Assembly (NCBI RefSeq): GCF_902713615.1
Contig: NC_052162.1
Location: forward strand, 110,511,811 to 110,575,810
DNA length: 64,000 nt
Direction: 5' to 3'
DNA from: Scyliorhinus canicula
Taxonomy: Eukaryota
Positions 50,356-62,758 of this stretch are shown in pieces (within the stretch, counting starts at the first letter, position 1; each line of letters opens with the position of its first letter). A program made the position numbers and the translations under genes. The notes below the pieces were generated by a model. It saw nothing but the letters and a program-made list of their open reading frames with translations, did no database searches and had not been told where the DNA came from.

Positions 50356-52437
50356 ATGGGCCAAATGGCCTCCTTCTGCACTGCAGGGATTCTATAATTT
50401 TATTCAATTAAAGGTGATATTTAAATATCAGTCTATCCAGGGGAGACACTTGAAAAGTGGTAATGTCACTGGACTAGCAATCTAAAGGCCCAGAGTGATG
50501 TTCTGGGGACATGAGTTCAAACCTACTAGAGCAACAAAATATCAATGAATGAAATCTGGAATCAAAAGCAAGTCTTGGGAATAATGACCCATCCACTGTC
50601 GGAAAAATCCATCTGGTTCACTAATGTCCTTTATGGAAGAAAATCTGCCGCTCTTACTGGATCTTACATGACCCAGAGACACTGCCTCTCTGACATTAAG
50701 CCCCCTTGGTTCAGGGTCAAAGAGGGATGGGGCAACAAATAAGCTGGCCTTGCCAGTGATGCCTACATGCCATGAAAGAATGTTTGATTAACCCACACAA
50801 GATGGCATAGAGGTACTGTCACTGGACGAGTAATTCAGAGACCCAGGGTAATGCTCTGGGGACCCAGGTTCCAATTTAAGCACGGATGATGAAATTGGAA
50901 TTGAATGAAAATCGGTAATGAAAAATCTAATGGTGACTCAAATCCCAACTGGCTAATTAATGCCCTTGAAGGAAAGATATATGCCGTCCTTACCTGTGTG
51001 GACTACATGTGACTCCAGATCCACAGCAAGGTGAATACCCTCAGGGATGAAATGCCCTCTGATGCAAGCTATTCAATTCAAGGGCAATTAGGGATAAGCA
51101 GCAAATACTGGCACGTCCAATGAATAAAAAATAAAAGTGTCCGTTTATTGTGGTGTATACATTATGAATCCAACGAAGCTGCTCCAGTGCTCATTGTAAA
51201 GTCAGTATGTGCTGTTGTTTCATCACCAACGATCACATCTGCCTTCATTTCCGGCCTGTCTTCCTGCTCAGCCAGGGTTTACTTGAGTCAACTTCCTGTG
51301 GTCAGAGTTCAGTTAAACGACCTCCCGGGCTGCCTGTGCTTGATGGCTGCATTGGTTACTCAAGCCATAGTTTAATGTCAAAACATTTTAAAAAGCCCAT
51401 TTATTTTCTGAAACATTTTGGCTTTCGGTTTTCTGCAACATATTTCAGGAAAGATGTATTGGTCTTGGAGATGTGCAGGATAGGTGGGTCGGCCATTCTA
51501 GAAAAATGCCCCTTTGTGTCCAAACATGTGCAGGTTAGGTGGAATTACAGGGTGGGTTCCGGGGATAAGGTGGGAGGGTGGGCCTAAATGGGATGCTCTT
51601 TTGGAGGGTCGGTGCAGATTTGATGGGATGAATGGCCTCCTTCTGCACTGTAGGGATTCTATGGTGTTGCTCAGACTCACAAGGTTTAATAGTTGCATCA
51701 GCGTAAGATAAAGGCAAAACACAAACTCAAAATGCTGCATAAAGTCACCAGGCAGAATTCTATGGAGACAGAAATAGAGCCATTCTTATTCATTCACAGA
51801 TGTGGGCTTCGCTGGCTCGGCCATCATTTACTGCCCATCCCTAATTGCCCCTGAGAAGGTGATGGGTGAGCTGCCTTCTTGAACCGCTGTCATCCATGTT
51901 GTGTAGGTAACACCCAAGTACTGTTAAGGAGGGAGTTCCATGCTAAAACCTTGAATATGTTCAAGAGGCGGCTAGATATAGCACTTGGGGAGAATGGGAT
52001 CAAAGGCTATGGAGAGAAAGGATTAGGCTATTGAGTTGGATGATCAGCCATGATTGTGATGAATGGCGGAGCAGGTTCAAAGGACCAAAAGGCCTTCTAT
52101 TTAGGCTGCTTGGTGGTGCAGTGGTTAGCACTGCTGCCTCACGGCGCCGAGGTCCCAGGTTCGATCCCGGCTCTGGGTCACTTTCCATCTGGAGTTTGCA
52201 CATTCTCCCCGTGTTCGCATGGGTTTCGCCCCCAGATCCCAAAGATGTGCAGGGTAGGTGGATTGACCATGCTAAATTGCCCCTTAATTGTAAAAAATGA
52301 ATTGAGTTCCTTAAATTTGTAACAAAATAGGCCTCCTCCTGCTCCAATCTTCTATGTATCTATGTATGTATTATGACCTGTAAAACTGAAGGAACAGTAC
52401 AGTAGCACACTTGCTTCACAGCTCCAGAGTCCCAGCT

Positions 52438-53269
52438 TGGGTCACTGTCTTGTGGAGTCTGCACATACTCTCTGGGTCTGCGTGTGTTTCCTCCAGGTGC
52501 TCCGGTTTCCTGCCACAGTCCAAAGATGTGCAGGTTAAGTGGATTGGCCATGATAAATTTCCCTTTGTGTCCAAAAAGATGGGGTGGGGTTACTGGGCAA
52601 TGGGGATAGGGTGGAGCTGTGGGCTTGGTAGGGTGCTCTTTCCAAGGGCCGGTGCAGACTCAATGGGCCGAATGGCCTCCTTCTGCACTGTAAATTCTAT
52701 GAGTACATGAACAGCAGATATATTTCCAAGTCGGGTGGTGAGTGACTTGGAGGGGACCTCCAGGTGGTGGTGTTCCCAGGCTGCCCGTGTCCTACTAGAT
52801 GTGGGTTGTGGGTTTGAAAGGTGCTGTCTAAGGAACCTTGGGGAGTTGCTGCATGGGTCACTGTCTTGTGGAGTCTGCACATACTCTCTGGGTCTGCGTG
52901 TGTTTCCTCCAGGTGCTCCGGTTTCCTGCCACAGTCCAAAGATGTGCAGGTTAAGTGGATTGGCCATGATAAATTTCCCTTTGTGTCCAAAAAGATGGGG
53001 TGGGGTTACTGGGCAATGGGGATAGGGTGGAGCTGTGGGCTTGGTAGGGTGCTCTTTCCAAGGGCCGGTGCAGACTCAATGGGCCGAATGGCCTCCTTCT
53101 GCACTGTAAATTCTATGAGTACATGAACAGCAGATATATTTCCAAGTCGGGTGGTGAGTGACTTGGAGGGGACCTCCAGGTGGTGGTGTTCCCAGGCTGC
53201 CCGTGTCCTACTAGATGTGGGTTGTGGGTTTGAAAGGTGCTGTCTAAGGAACCTTGGGGAGTTGCTGCA
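52438..53269 (+). repeat. Apparently exact 416-bp tandem duplication (SINE body + LINE fragment)
   Basis: 52438-52853 matches 52854-53269; duplicate ORF ends are offset by 416 (52710/53126). Confidence 0.95.
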
Positions 53270-53939
53270 GCGCATCTAGTCGATGGTAGGCATGGCTGCC
53301 ACTGTTCATCGGTGGTGGAGGGATCTAATTTTTCTGGAACGGGTAGCAAGCAAGCGGGGCTGCTTTGTTGAGCTTCTTGAGTGTTGTTGGAGTTGCACTC
53401 ATCCAGGCAAGTGATCATATTCCATTACACTCCTGACTTGTGCCTTGTAGATGGTGGGTAGGTTTTAGGGAGTCAGGAGGGGAGTTACTGGGGCGGCAAG
53501 TGGCACAGTGGTTAATACTGCAGCCTATGGCGCTGAGGACCTGGGTTTGATTCCCGGCCCTGGGTCACTGTCTGTGTTGAGTTTGCACATTCTCCCTGTG
53601 TGTGCGTGGGTTTCACCCCCACGACCCAAAGATGTGTAGGTTGGGTGGATTGGCCATGCTAAATTGCCCCTTAATTGGACAAAAATATAATTGGATACTC
53701 TAAATTTTACAAAAAACGAGGGGAATTACTCACCACAGGATTCCTAGCATCTGACCTGCTTTTGTAGCCATAGTATTTATATGGCTAGTCCAGTTCGGTT
53801 TCTGGTCAATGGTAACCCCCAGGATGTTGATTGTGGGGAATTCAGCTATGTTAATACTAATGAATGTCAAGGGTTAGAGTCTCTCCAGTTGGCGATGGTC
53901 ATTACATTGAGCCTGATGACAAGGTTACACATAGCAGAT

Positions 53940-53982
53940 AATCAAGCTCACAAGAATGCAAACTGTCTCTCCAGGGTTTATT
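53940..53982 (-). terminator. Candidate poly(A) site of ZNF-C
   Basis: AATAAA (53982-53977) followed by TTGTGAGCTTGATT, homologous to 25439-25480. Confidence 0.45.
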
Positions 53983-56143
53983 AAGAGTGAGTAGAACTAC
54001 ACTGGGTCCACAGACAATCTTCACAAATCTGTTCCAATGGATAAAGCGGTCAAAGTGGACTCTTCCTGTCAGCGAGTTTGGATCATGCTCAGGCGTAGGG
54101 ACTGATTGGACCTGACCGTTGGCTGCCTTAGCTCCTGCTAATCTCTCACGTTGGATTGGATCAGAAGCACCGATCCATCTGGTTATCACCTGCTACACGG
54201 TCTGCGAGCTTAGAATTAATGTCACCACCCAGACGTTGTGCCTTTGTCTGGCATTTCACCCATTAACACAGGGGCTCAGTGAAGCTTCAGTGATCAGAGG
54301 ACAGAGCACATTGTTCAACTGAATAAAATCCCATTGTACTTCGGCAGCCTTTTAAGGAAGTCACGGGCAATTCCAGGAGGGTATTCAGAATAAACTCCTT
54401 TCCCCAGGGAGTGGTCAGAACAGGGAAATCGCTCATCAACTCATGGTTGAGGTGATTAATATTGTTGCTTTCCAGTGAAAGTTAGGTAAATGGTTACGAG
54501 TCAAAGCAACAGGAGGACATTTTGAAGGGTTTAAATGAAGTCGGGTGGGAGGAGGCTCATCTAGAGAACAATGAGAGGAGATGGTGGCATAGTATTATGC
54601 CGCTGGACTAGCTCAGTTAGCTGGACAGCTGCTTTGTGATGCAGAGAGAGGCCAACCATGCGGGTTTAATTCCTGTACCGGCTGAGGTATTCATGAAGGC
54701 CCCGCACCTTCTCAACCTCACCCCTCACCTGTGTTATAGTGATCCTCAGGTTCAATCACCACCAGCCAGCTCTCCCCCTCAAAGGGGAAAGCAGCCCATG
54801 GTCATCTGGGACTATGGCAACTTTTACTTGAATACAGACATACTCTTCTGAGGGAAATGCCACCACAGCACGAGCTGGTGGGATTTGAATTCAGTGAATA
54901 AATCTGGAATGATAAAGCTACTCTCAGAAACCCATCTGGTTCACCTTTGTCCCCTTTAGGGAAGGAAATGTGCCATCCCTACCAGGTCTGTCCAACACGT
55001 GACTTTGCAGCAACACGGTTGGCTCTTAACTGCCCTTCTGCAAGGGGCACTCAATTCAAGGGCAATTGGGAATGGGCAATAAATTCTGCCCTTACCAGAG
55101 AAACCCATGAAAGAATCAACACAGGAAATTAGTGAGTTGTGTCAGTCTGTTTCTATGCTGCGGATTTCAATTATTTCATGAGTTAACATACATAATTCAC
55201 AAGAAGGGAATAATAAAAACGGGTCTTTTTTTACTAACTTGCCATAGAAAGAGTGCAATGAAGGTTCACCAAATTAATACCTGCGATGGAGGGATTGTCT
55301 TCTAAGGAAAGAGTATGGCACAGTGGTTTAGACTGCTGCCTCACATCGCCAGGGGCCCGGGTTCGATTCCAGCCTTGGGTGACTGTGGAGTTTTCACGTT
55401 CTCCCCATGTCAGTGGGGGTTTCCCCCACAGTCCAAAGATGTGGTTAGGTTGATTGCCACAGTAGGTGTCCAAAGGTGCGCAGGTTAGGTGGGGTTCCGG
55501 GGATAGAACAGGCGGAGTGAGCCTAGGTAGGTAAGAAGGTGGGTGCAGACTCAATGGGCCAAGTGGCCTCCTTATGCACTGTAGGGATCCTATGGATTCT
55601 AAATAGACTGAGCCTTTATTCTCTGTGGTTTAAAAAAATGAGAGGTGATCTCATTCAAATGTACCAAATTCCTGCAAGGCACGACAGGCTAGATGCAGGA
55701 AGAAGGGTTCCCTTGGCTGGGGTTGTGGGGCTGGGGTTGCCTGGTGGGGCAGGGTGGGTGGTCTTTAACCAGGTTGCACAGTCTCAGGATAAGGGGCAGG
55801 TCAGCTAGACTCAGTTGAGGAATTTCTTCACTGAGGGGTGATGAATCTTTGAATTGTCTGTCCCAGGGAGCTGTAGAGAGTCAGTCATTGAATGTATTTC
55901 AGACTGAGTTCAATAGAATTGGGCATATTAAAAATATCAGGGATAGTACAGGAAATTAGTGTTGAAGTGGAAGATCATCCACAATCTCATTGAATGGTGG
56001 ATTGGGCTCGGAAGGTTGAATGGCAGAGTGAGCTCGAAAGGCTGAATGGCCTACTCCTGCTCCTATTTCTTGTGTTTGAAAGACTGCATAACACCGAATT
56101 TGTAAAAGCTCCAATTCGCCCCAGCTATCAACAGGACCCTGCG

Positions 56144-57346
56144 CTACTCAACAGTGTGAACTGACTGGTGCTTTTGCAGGTTACAGGCCTTTTTGAAACT
56201 CTTCCCGCAGTCAGAGCACTTAAACAGCGTTGGCGCGTGGACTCGCTGGTGGCTCTGCAGGTTCGATGACTGGGTGAATCCCTTCCCGCACACAGAGCAG
56301 GTGAACGGCCTATCCCCGGTGTGAACCCGCTGGTGAGTCACTAAAACCCATTGCCGTTTGAAGCCCCTCCCACAGTCCAGGCACTTGAACGGCCTCTCAT
56401 CAGTGTGGACCCGCTGGTGCGTTAGCAGGTTGGATGAACGAGAGAATCCCTTCCCGCACTCAGAGCAGGTGAATGGCCTCTCCCCGCTGTGGACCCGCTG
56501 GTGTGTGCGCAGGTTGGATGCCTGGGTGAAACCCTTCCCGCACTCGGGACAGGTGAACGGCCTCTCCCCGGTGTGAACCCTCTGGTGTATCAGCAAAGGG
56601 GTCGACTGAGTGAATCCCTTCCCGCAGATGGAGCAGGTGAAGGTTCGCTCCAAGGCATGATCATGTCGGTGTCCCTTCAGCCTTCGGGAGCTGCTGAAAC
56701 TCATCCCACATTCAGAGCATTTGAAACGTCTCTCATCACTGTGAACTTGCTTGTGCTTCACGAGATGGGTTAACCGGCAGTACCCCTTCCCACAGATGGA
56801 GCAGATGAAGGGCCTCTCCCCGGTGTGGACACGCTGGTGCGCCAGCAGGTTAAAGGATCGACTGAATCCTTTCCCGCACTGACAGCAAGTGAACGGCCTG
56901 AGCCTGGTGTGCAGGTGGCGGTGCTGCTGCAGTTCCTGGAGGCTCTTGAAGCTCTTTCTACAGTCGGAACATCCAAATGGTCGCTCAGCTGTGTGAGCCA
57001 GCTGGTGCCGTGCCAGATTCTGTGCGCATTTAAAGGTCTTCCCACAGCCAGAGCATCGAAATGGCCGCTCCTCGGTGTGAACAAGCTGGTGCGACCGCAA
57101 GTGGGACAGGTAAACAAATCGCTTCCCGCACAAGGAGCAGGAGTGCTTGTTATTCCCGATCTGATCCCGACTAGCCTGCAACTCAGGCGACGAACCGTCG
57201 TCTCCCGTTTCGCCGGGCGACATCTCCCCGGCACAATGCTCCACATGTCTCTTTGTGATAGATGAGTCAGCAGATCCACTTGGGAAACATGGCTGTGGCT
57301 GATCGGTGCTGCTGCTGCTACCGCCGCTGCTCACTTCCCCTTCCAT
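56144..57346 (-). CDS. C2H2 zinc-finger protein ZNF-C, 12 fingers, Ser/Gly-rich N-terminus, 400 aa
   Basis: Intact ORF with 12 fingers and TGERPF linkers; acceptor TTCCAGCAG at ~57382-57390. Confidence 0.93.
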   Translation of the reverse strand: MEGEVSSGGSSSSTDQPQPCFPSGSADSSITKRHVEHCAGEMSPGETGDDGSSPELQASRDQIGNNKHSCSLCGKRFVYLSHLRSHQLVHTEERPFRCSGCGKTFKCAQNLARHQLAHTAERPFGCSDCRKSFKSLQELQQHRHLHTRLRPFTCCQCGKGFSRSFNLLAHQRVHTGERPFICSICGKGYCRLTHLVKHKQVHSDERRFKCSECGMSFSSSRRLKGHRHDHALERTFTCSICGKGFTQSTPLLIHQRVHTGERPFTCPECGKGFTQASNLRTHQRVHSGERPFTCSECGKGFSRSSNLLTHQRVHTDERPFKCLDCGRGFKRQWVLVTHQRVHTGDRPFTCSVCGKGFTQSSNLQSHQRVHAPTLFKCSDCGKSFKKACNLQKHQSVHTVE

Positions 57347-57679
57347 TCGCAGAGACCAATGACATTGAAGACCCTGACGAACTGCTGGAACAGGCTTGGG
57401 GTTGCGGCTAGGTGGGGTGGCCAGGGAGGCAGCTGAAGCTGAGTGGCTTGCTCCTGCGATCCCACTGAACTCAGGTCAAAGATTGTGGGGGAAGGAGGGT
57501 GGAGGTGTAAGCAAGAATTTTCAGGATTGAACACTAAATCTAATATTACGGATGGAATAGGTGAGGGGGATGCAAAGTTTGTGGAGGCAGGTGGCGAGGA
57601 TAATGTGGCAGAGTTGAGGTTTCAGCTCGGTAACCTTCCGTGAGAACATGTAAACCCAGAACATGTTGGTGATCACAGG

Positions 57680-58070
57680 GGCAGAGCTGGGGCATCAATG
57701 GCGGCCAGTCCCACCCATAATCCCCCGCGCTGCGGGAAACGGCCTATATCGGAGATCGGCAGGCCATTGAGCGAGCGACGCGGGCTGGAAAATCGGCTTG
57801 ATCGCGGAGGGAGGGACATATATAAAATCAATCCATCCGAACCGCAGCGTTCAAGCGCCTGCCCGCCCGTGCAGGTTCCTCCCTCGGCAGCCTCACCGTA
57901 CCTTGCAATGGCCGCTGGCACCCCGATGATTGACGGCTGCTCCGACCAATAGGGGAGCTCGGAGGACCGAGCTGGGAGGACTGGCAGCCTCTATCTACTG
58001 GGCGGGGCTGAGGGCGGTCCCTCGGCCAATCACTGCAGGCGGAGAGGGCGGGGCTATTCTCCAGGTTGCT
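57680..58070 (-). promoter_or_regulatory. CpG promoter and short non-coding exon 1 of ZNF-C
   Basis: CpG-rich; CCAAT at 57946 and 58026; GC boxes; donors AAG|GTACGG and ACG|GTGAGG at ~57896-57901. Confidence 0.7.
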
Positions 58071-58198
58071 CAGGGAGCAGCAGGAGGGGAGTTTGGCAAT
58101 GCTACGGTGGGTCGTGATGATGGGAGCGAGAGACTTGGAGTGTTAGACTGTAGAAGTCACCTTGTCCCATTAGTCCATGAATAGGTCTGAGAGAGCCT

Positions 58199-58805
58199 CC
58201 ATAGAATCATTGGAGAAGGAGGCCATCCGCCCCATTGGGTGTGCACCGACCCTCCGAAAGTGAACCCTGCCCAGCACAACCTCCTCCCCCACCCCTCCCG
58301 CGCCCTATCCCCATGACTCCACCTACCTGGCATATCTTTGGTGACTAAGGGGCAATTTATCATGGCCAATCCACCTAACCTGCGTATCTTTGGACTGTGG
58401 AAAGAAACCGGAGCACATGAAGAAACCCACACGGATACGGGGAGAACATGCAAACTCCACCCGAGACAGTCACCTAAAGCTGAAATCGAACCCTGGCTCT
58501 AGCGGTGTGAGGCAGCTGTGCGAACCATTGCGCTACTGTGCCACTCTCATTTCAGCTATTTCAATATTGGATGAATCACATTTTTAAAAAATAAATTTAG
58601 AGTACCCAATTAATTTGTCCAATTAAGGGGCAATTTAGCTTGGCCAATCCACTACCTTGCACATCTTTTAGGTTGCGGGGGTGAGAACAACGCAGGCACG
58701 GGGAGAATGTGAAAACTCCACACGGACAGTGACCCAGGACCAGGGATCGAACCCGAGCCCTCAATGGCATGATGCAGCTGTGCTAACCACGACACCACCA
58801 TGCAG
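58199..58805 (-). mobile_element. Two adjacent HE1-like SINEs
   Basis: GGCCAATCCAC core twice, each with a tRNA-like head. Confidence 0.85.
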
Positions 58806-59769
58806 CCAAGAAATATAAGAATCACACATAATAATCAACTCCAGTGCTCACTATTTCTGTGTGTCTTTGCCGACAAGATCAAGATGTTGAAAGGTATGGA
58901 TAAAGTAGACGTGGAGTGGATGCTTCCTCTTCTGGGGCATTCTGGAACACCAAAGAGTCGTGAATCTGTGGAATTCGCTACTCCAGAATGCAGTGGATGC
59001 TGGGGTAATCAGTAAATTTGAGGAGGAGTTAGACAGGTTTTAAATGAGTAATGGGTTGAAGGGCGACGGAGAATGGGCAGGACAGTGGATTTGAAGCCAT
59101 GATGAGATCAGTCATGATCATATTGAATGGTGCAGCAGGCTCGAGAGGCTAAATTCCCTACTCCTGCTCTCAGGTCTTCTGTTCTAAGAAAGAACTATTC
59201 TGTCTAATTCCACCTTCCAACTCTTGGCCTGTAGCCTTTTAAGTAACAGCACCTCAAACACAAATTTGGTGTTCTTGATTGATACGGGAATTTCTTGATT
59301 AATAAAGGGGATCAGGGGTTTTGGGGAGAAAGCAGGAGGATGGGGATGAGGAAAATATCAGCGATGATCGAATAGTGGAGCACAAGCAATAGGCCAAATG
59401 GCCTAATTCTGCTCCTATATATTTATGGTCTTATGGTCATAGAGTTTTCCAACAAAGCAAGAGGTCCTTCAGCCCATTGTGTCTGCGCCAGCCATTATGC
59501 ACCTGTCTATTCCAATCCTATTCCCCAGCACTTGGTCCAGTGTTTCACGTGCTCATCTCAATGCTTCTTAAATGTTGTGAGGGTTCCTGCCTCTACCACC
59601 CTTTCAAACAGTGAGTTCCAGATTTCCCACCACCCTCTGGGTGAAGCAGCTTTTCCCCTCCAAATCTCCTGCTCCTTACCTGAAATCTATTCCCACCCCC
59701 TGGTTACTGACCCCTCCACGAAGGGGAAAAGGTTCTCCTTATCTCCCCCATCGATGTCCCTCATAATTT

Positions 59770-60724
59770 TGGACACATTAACAGCAACTTGGACAAATGT
59801 GGATTTATTTGGCAATGGCAGCAAAAAAAAGTGTTAAAGGCCACATCCTGCTGTAGCCATCTGGGATGGCCACTTCCAGATTACAAAATGGACGCTCGCA
59901 AAGAATGTAAGGGAACTGTGGACAATGTGAGGAAACCAAGCAGGCACAGAGCCAGCATGCATATTGGAGAGACAGCTCCCAGACGGAATTGAAACTATAG
60001 ATCAATTAGCATATTGATGGCCCATCTCCGGGAACAAAGGAAAGACACTCAAGCAACCGATACTGTTCCAGACATCCCGGCACCAGTTCCCCAAACCAAA
60101 AGCACAAACAAAGCCAGGCCAACGGCCACCTAAGACATGCACAGCCATCAGGGAACCCACCCCTTTATTGGTCAAGATCGATAACAGTGATTGAGAAACG
60201 AGCCAATTAATTGGGGCCAAGTTTAAGGCCCGCCTAAAAGTGCGTGAAGTCCCTCCAGGTATAAGAAGAAACCCCCACAAGAGAATCGCTCTCTTGGACT
60301 TGGCTCTCAAAGTGGAGAGACCCATCCACCAGCTGCACCAGAAGCAAGTAAGTCCAAGGTCAACGCTCGCTACCAGAAGGACGACCGTAGCTGTTCTCCT
60401 GTTACCTCTTCGAACCCAACAACCTCAGATCCGATAACCGGCCATTGTTCCTCTGACTGAGTGGGAACTGAAGTTAAGTATAGGCGTTAGCGTTAGAGAT
60501 AGTTTAGTTTCTAGTACTTTATGCATGAGTAGATCTTACTGTGTGTGTAAATAAATAGTATTGACTTTGAACTAACTGGTGTATTGGCTCTTTGATCAGT
60601 AATCGGGTTTGAACCTTGTGGCGGTATCGAAAGATACCTGGCGACTCTCAGTGTAAACATAATTAGGATTAAGGAAGGCGACCATATTGACTGCCATATT
60701 TAGAACCAAGTAAATATAGAAACA
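59770..60724 (+). mobile_element. 5' LTR of the endogenous retrovirus
   Basis: TATAAG near 60260, AATAAA at 60550, ends AAACA just before the PBS; left boundary approximate. Confidence 0.8.
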
Positions 60725-60729
60725 TTTAC

Positions 60730-60747
60730 TGGCGACTCTGGTGAGAC
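60730..60747 (+). promoter_or_regulatory. Primer binding site, tRNA-Arg(TCT)
   Basis: TGGCGACTCTGGTGAGAC is 17/18 complementary to the 3' end of vertebrate tRNA-Arg-TCT as recalled (TGGCGACTCTGGTGGGAC). Confidence 0.75.
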
Positions 60748-61036
60748 TCAACCTAGAAGTAGCCTAGTCACTCCGAGAGAACCCAAATTTGAATTAGAAT
60801 CCAATTGGAAAAAGAAAAACCACAAGCGTAAGACCAATACTGATCAAACCTCCAAGATTCGGAAGTTATTTGCATACGTACTAACAGGGATATAAGCTAA
60901 ACCTGAGACATTTTGTTGCATAAAACTGTCGGGAGTTTTGTAGGCCGGAAAATAGCGTAAGCCGGACCTGTGTTTACATCACCACTTTATCACCCCCTGT
61001 TCCAAATTCAGTAGAAACCCAGAGATAGCGATAAAA

Positions 61037-62758
61037 ATGGCAATGAAGGCAATGGAACGCCTTATGAACCCCCATGAATTTGAGGTCGCAGCGACCAGTA
61101 GAGTAGGATAGTGTCTCGTATGGGAAGAGGAAATAAGAAAGTACTTCAAAGGGAAAGGATGGCCCCTTTGGAGCGAATTCTGTGCGTATGATGATACAGG
61201 CCCCGGAAGTATAGGGCATACTTGGTGGGAGAACCTGACAGAGATTCATAAGAAGAGCTTAGGGAAAGCTCGCAAGCCGATGGCAATTGTGTCCTGCTTG
61301 GTGGCACAATTGCGAGGCACAGAGGAGGTCGTGAGGACGCTCCGCATAGAGATTGAAGAGAGAGATAAGAATAGTCAAGAAGACGTGAGGGAGTATGAGA
61401 AAGAAAACAGAGAACTGAGAGAGCAGTTAGTGGCGAGGGACAAGGTGATGGAGGATGTCAAATGGGCACACCAATCTTGTCTCGCCCATTTGAGCAGCTT
61501 TCAGTCCCAATACGACAAAGCCTACCAAGACACGTAACGTGCGGTCTTGGTAAGACAGGAAACAGAACAAATTGAGCAGTTACAAAAACAGTGTAATGAT
61601 TTAAAAGCAGCCCTACAAGCACTCCACACTTCCACGACGGAACAAAGGCAGAGCTCGGTAGATCACGCAAAGTGCCGGAAGCAAATTGCAGAACTGCAAT
61701 CTCTGCTTTCTGTTCAGAATTGGTTCCAGAGAACATTTGGACCCCAATTAGACCAAGAAAATGGCCCCGACTGGCAGGAGTTAAACGAGACTGCCCATAG
61801 ATATGTACATGGCACATGTATACAGGACAAGCCCCAGAAACGAAAAGCGCCCCAACTGCACAGGCAGAACACACCCCTATGAACCCTGTAATCACACAGT
61901 GCAGGGCTACAGCAGAAGGAAACCCAGATTTCCTATACACCACCCCATTAACCGCCACTCAATTACGGGACGCGTGTGAGAAGATAACACCGTTCCTACC
62001 CATAGCGGAACCCCACCATTACTTTACAAGGGTAAAACAACAGCCGACCATGTGCAGCCTGGATGAAAAGGAGCAAGTGAAGCTCCCAGTTTTGAGCCTC
62101 AACCCCTCAGTCGTGGCAGCCCTTCCCGACCCACATAATGTAGGAGGAGGCACACACCAAGAAATGCACACAGCAATCCTGGACGCGATCGGCTATAACA
62201 AAGGAGACCCCGTAGAAGGCCTGAACAAGCATAAGCAAAAGAAGACAGAGCACCCCACAGCGTTTGCTGGACGCTTGTGGATGCATTTTATTGCAGTGTT
62301 CGGAGAGTTAGCCCGCGCCCATTTGTCCCCAGATAATATGGCCAAATGGACCCGCATCCTAGTCTCTCATGCGACAGAGGCAGGACAAAGAGCTTGCCCC
62401 AATTACGACCCCTCAGACGAAGCCCACAACGAGAAATGGGTTTTGAAAAGATTGTCCCGTGCTTGGGAGCAGTCTATCCAAGGTAAATCTGCCTATGGTA
62501 AAGCAGAGGAAGAGCAGGCAGACATGCATCCAGTTAGGACGCACCAGAACCCCGCATGGGTAAATGAGGGAAGGAACAGCCCACAGCAGACCAAAGTGTT
62601 ATAATTGCGGCCAATTAGGACACTTTGCACGAGAGTGCAATGCGCCCCAGAAGCAGCAGAGAAACCAGCAGACAGGCACCCTAAATGAGAATAGGGCAAA
62701 GCCAATCCACAGTATTAGCTCCCGTGCTGATAGCACAGATATGAACGGCACCGACTGA
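61037..62758 (+). pseudogene. gag: ERV gag (coiled-coil N-terminal half, CCHC knuckle), disrupted
   Basis: ATG at 61037; stops at 61109 and 61535, frameshifts at ~61860 and ~62590; [14 protein letters not shown]; TGA at 62756-62758. Confidence 0.85.
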
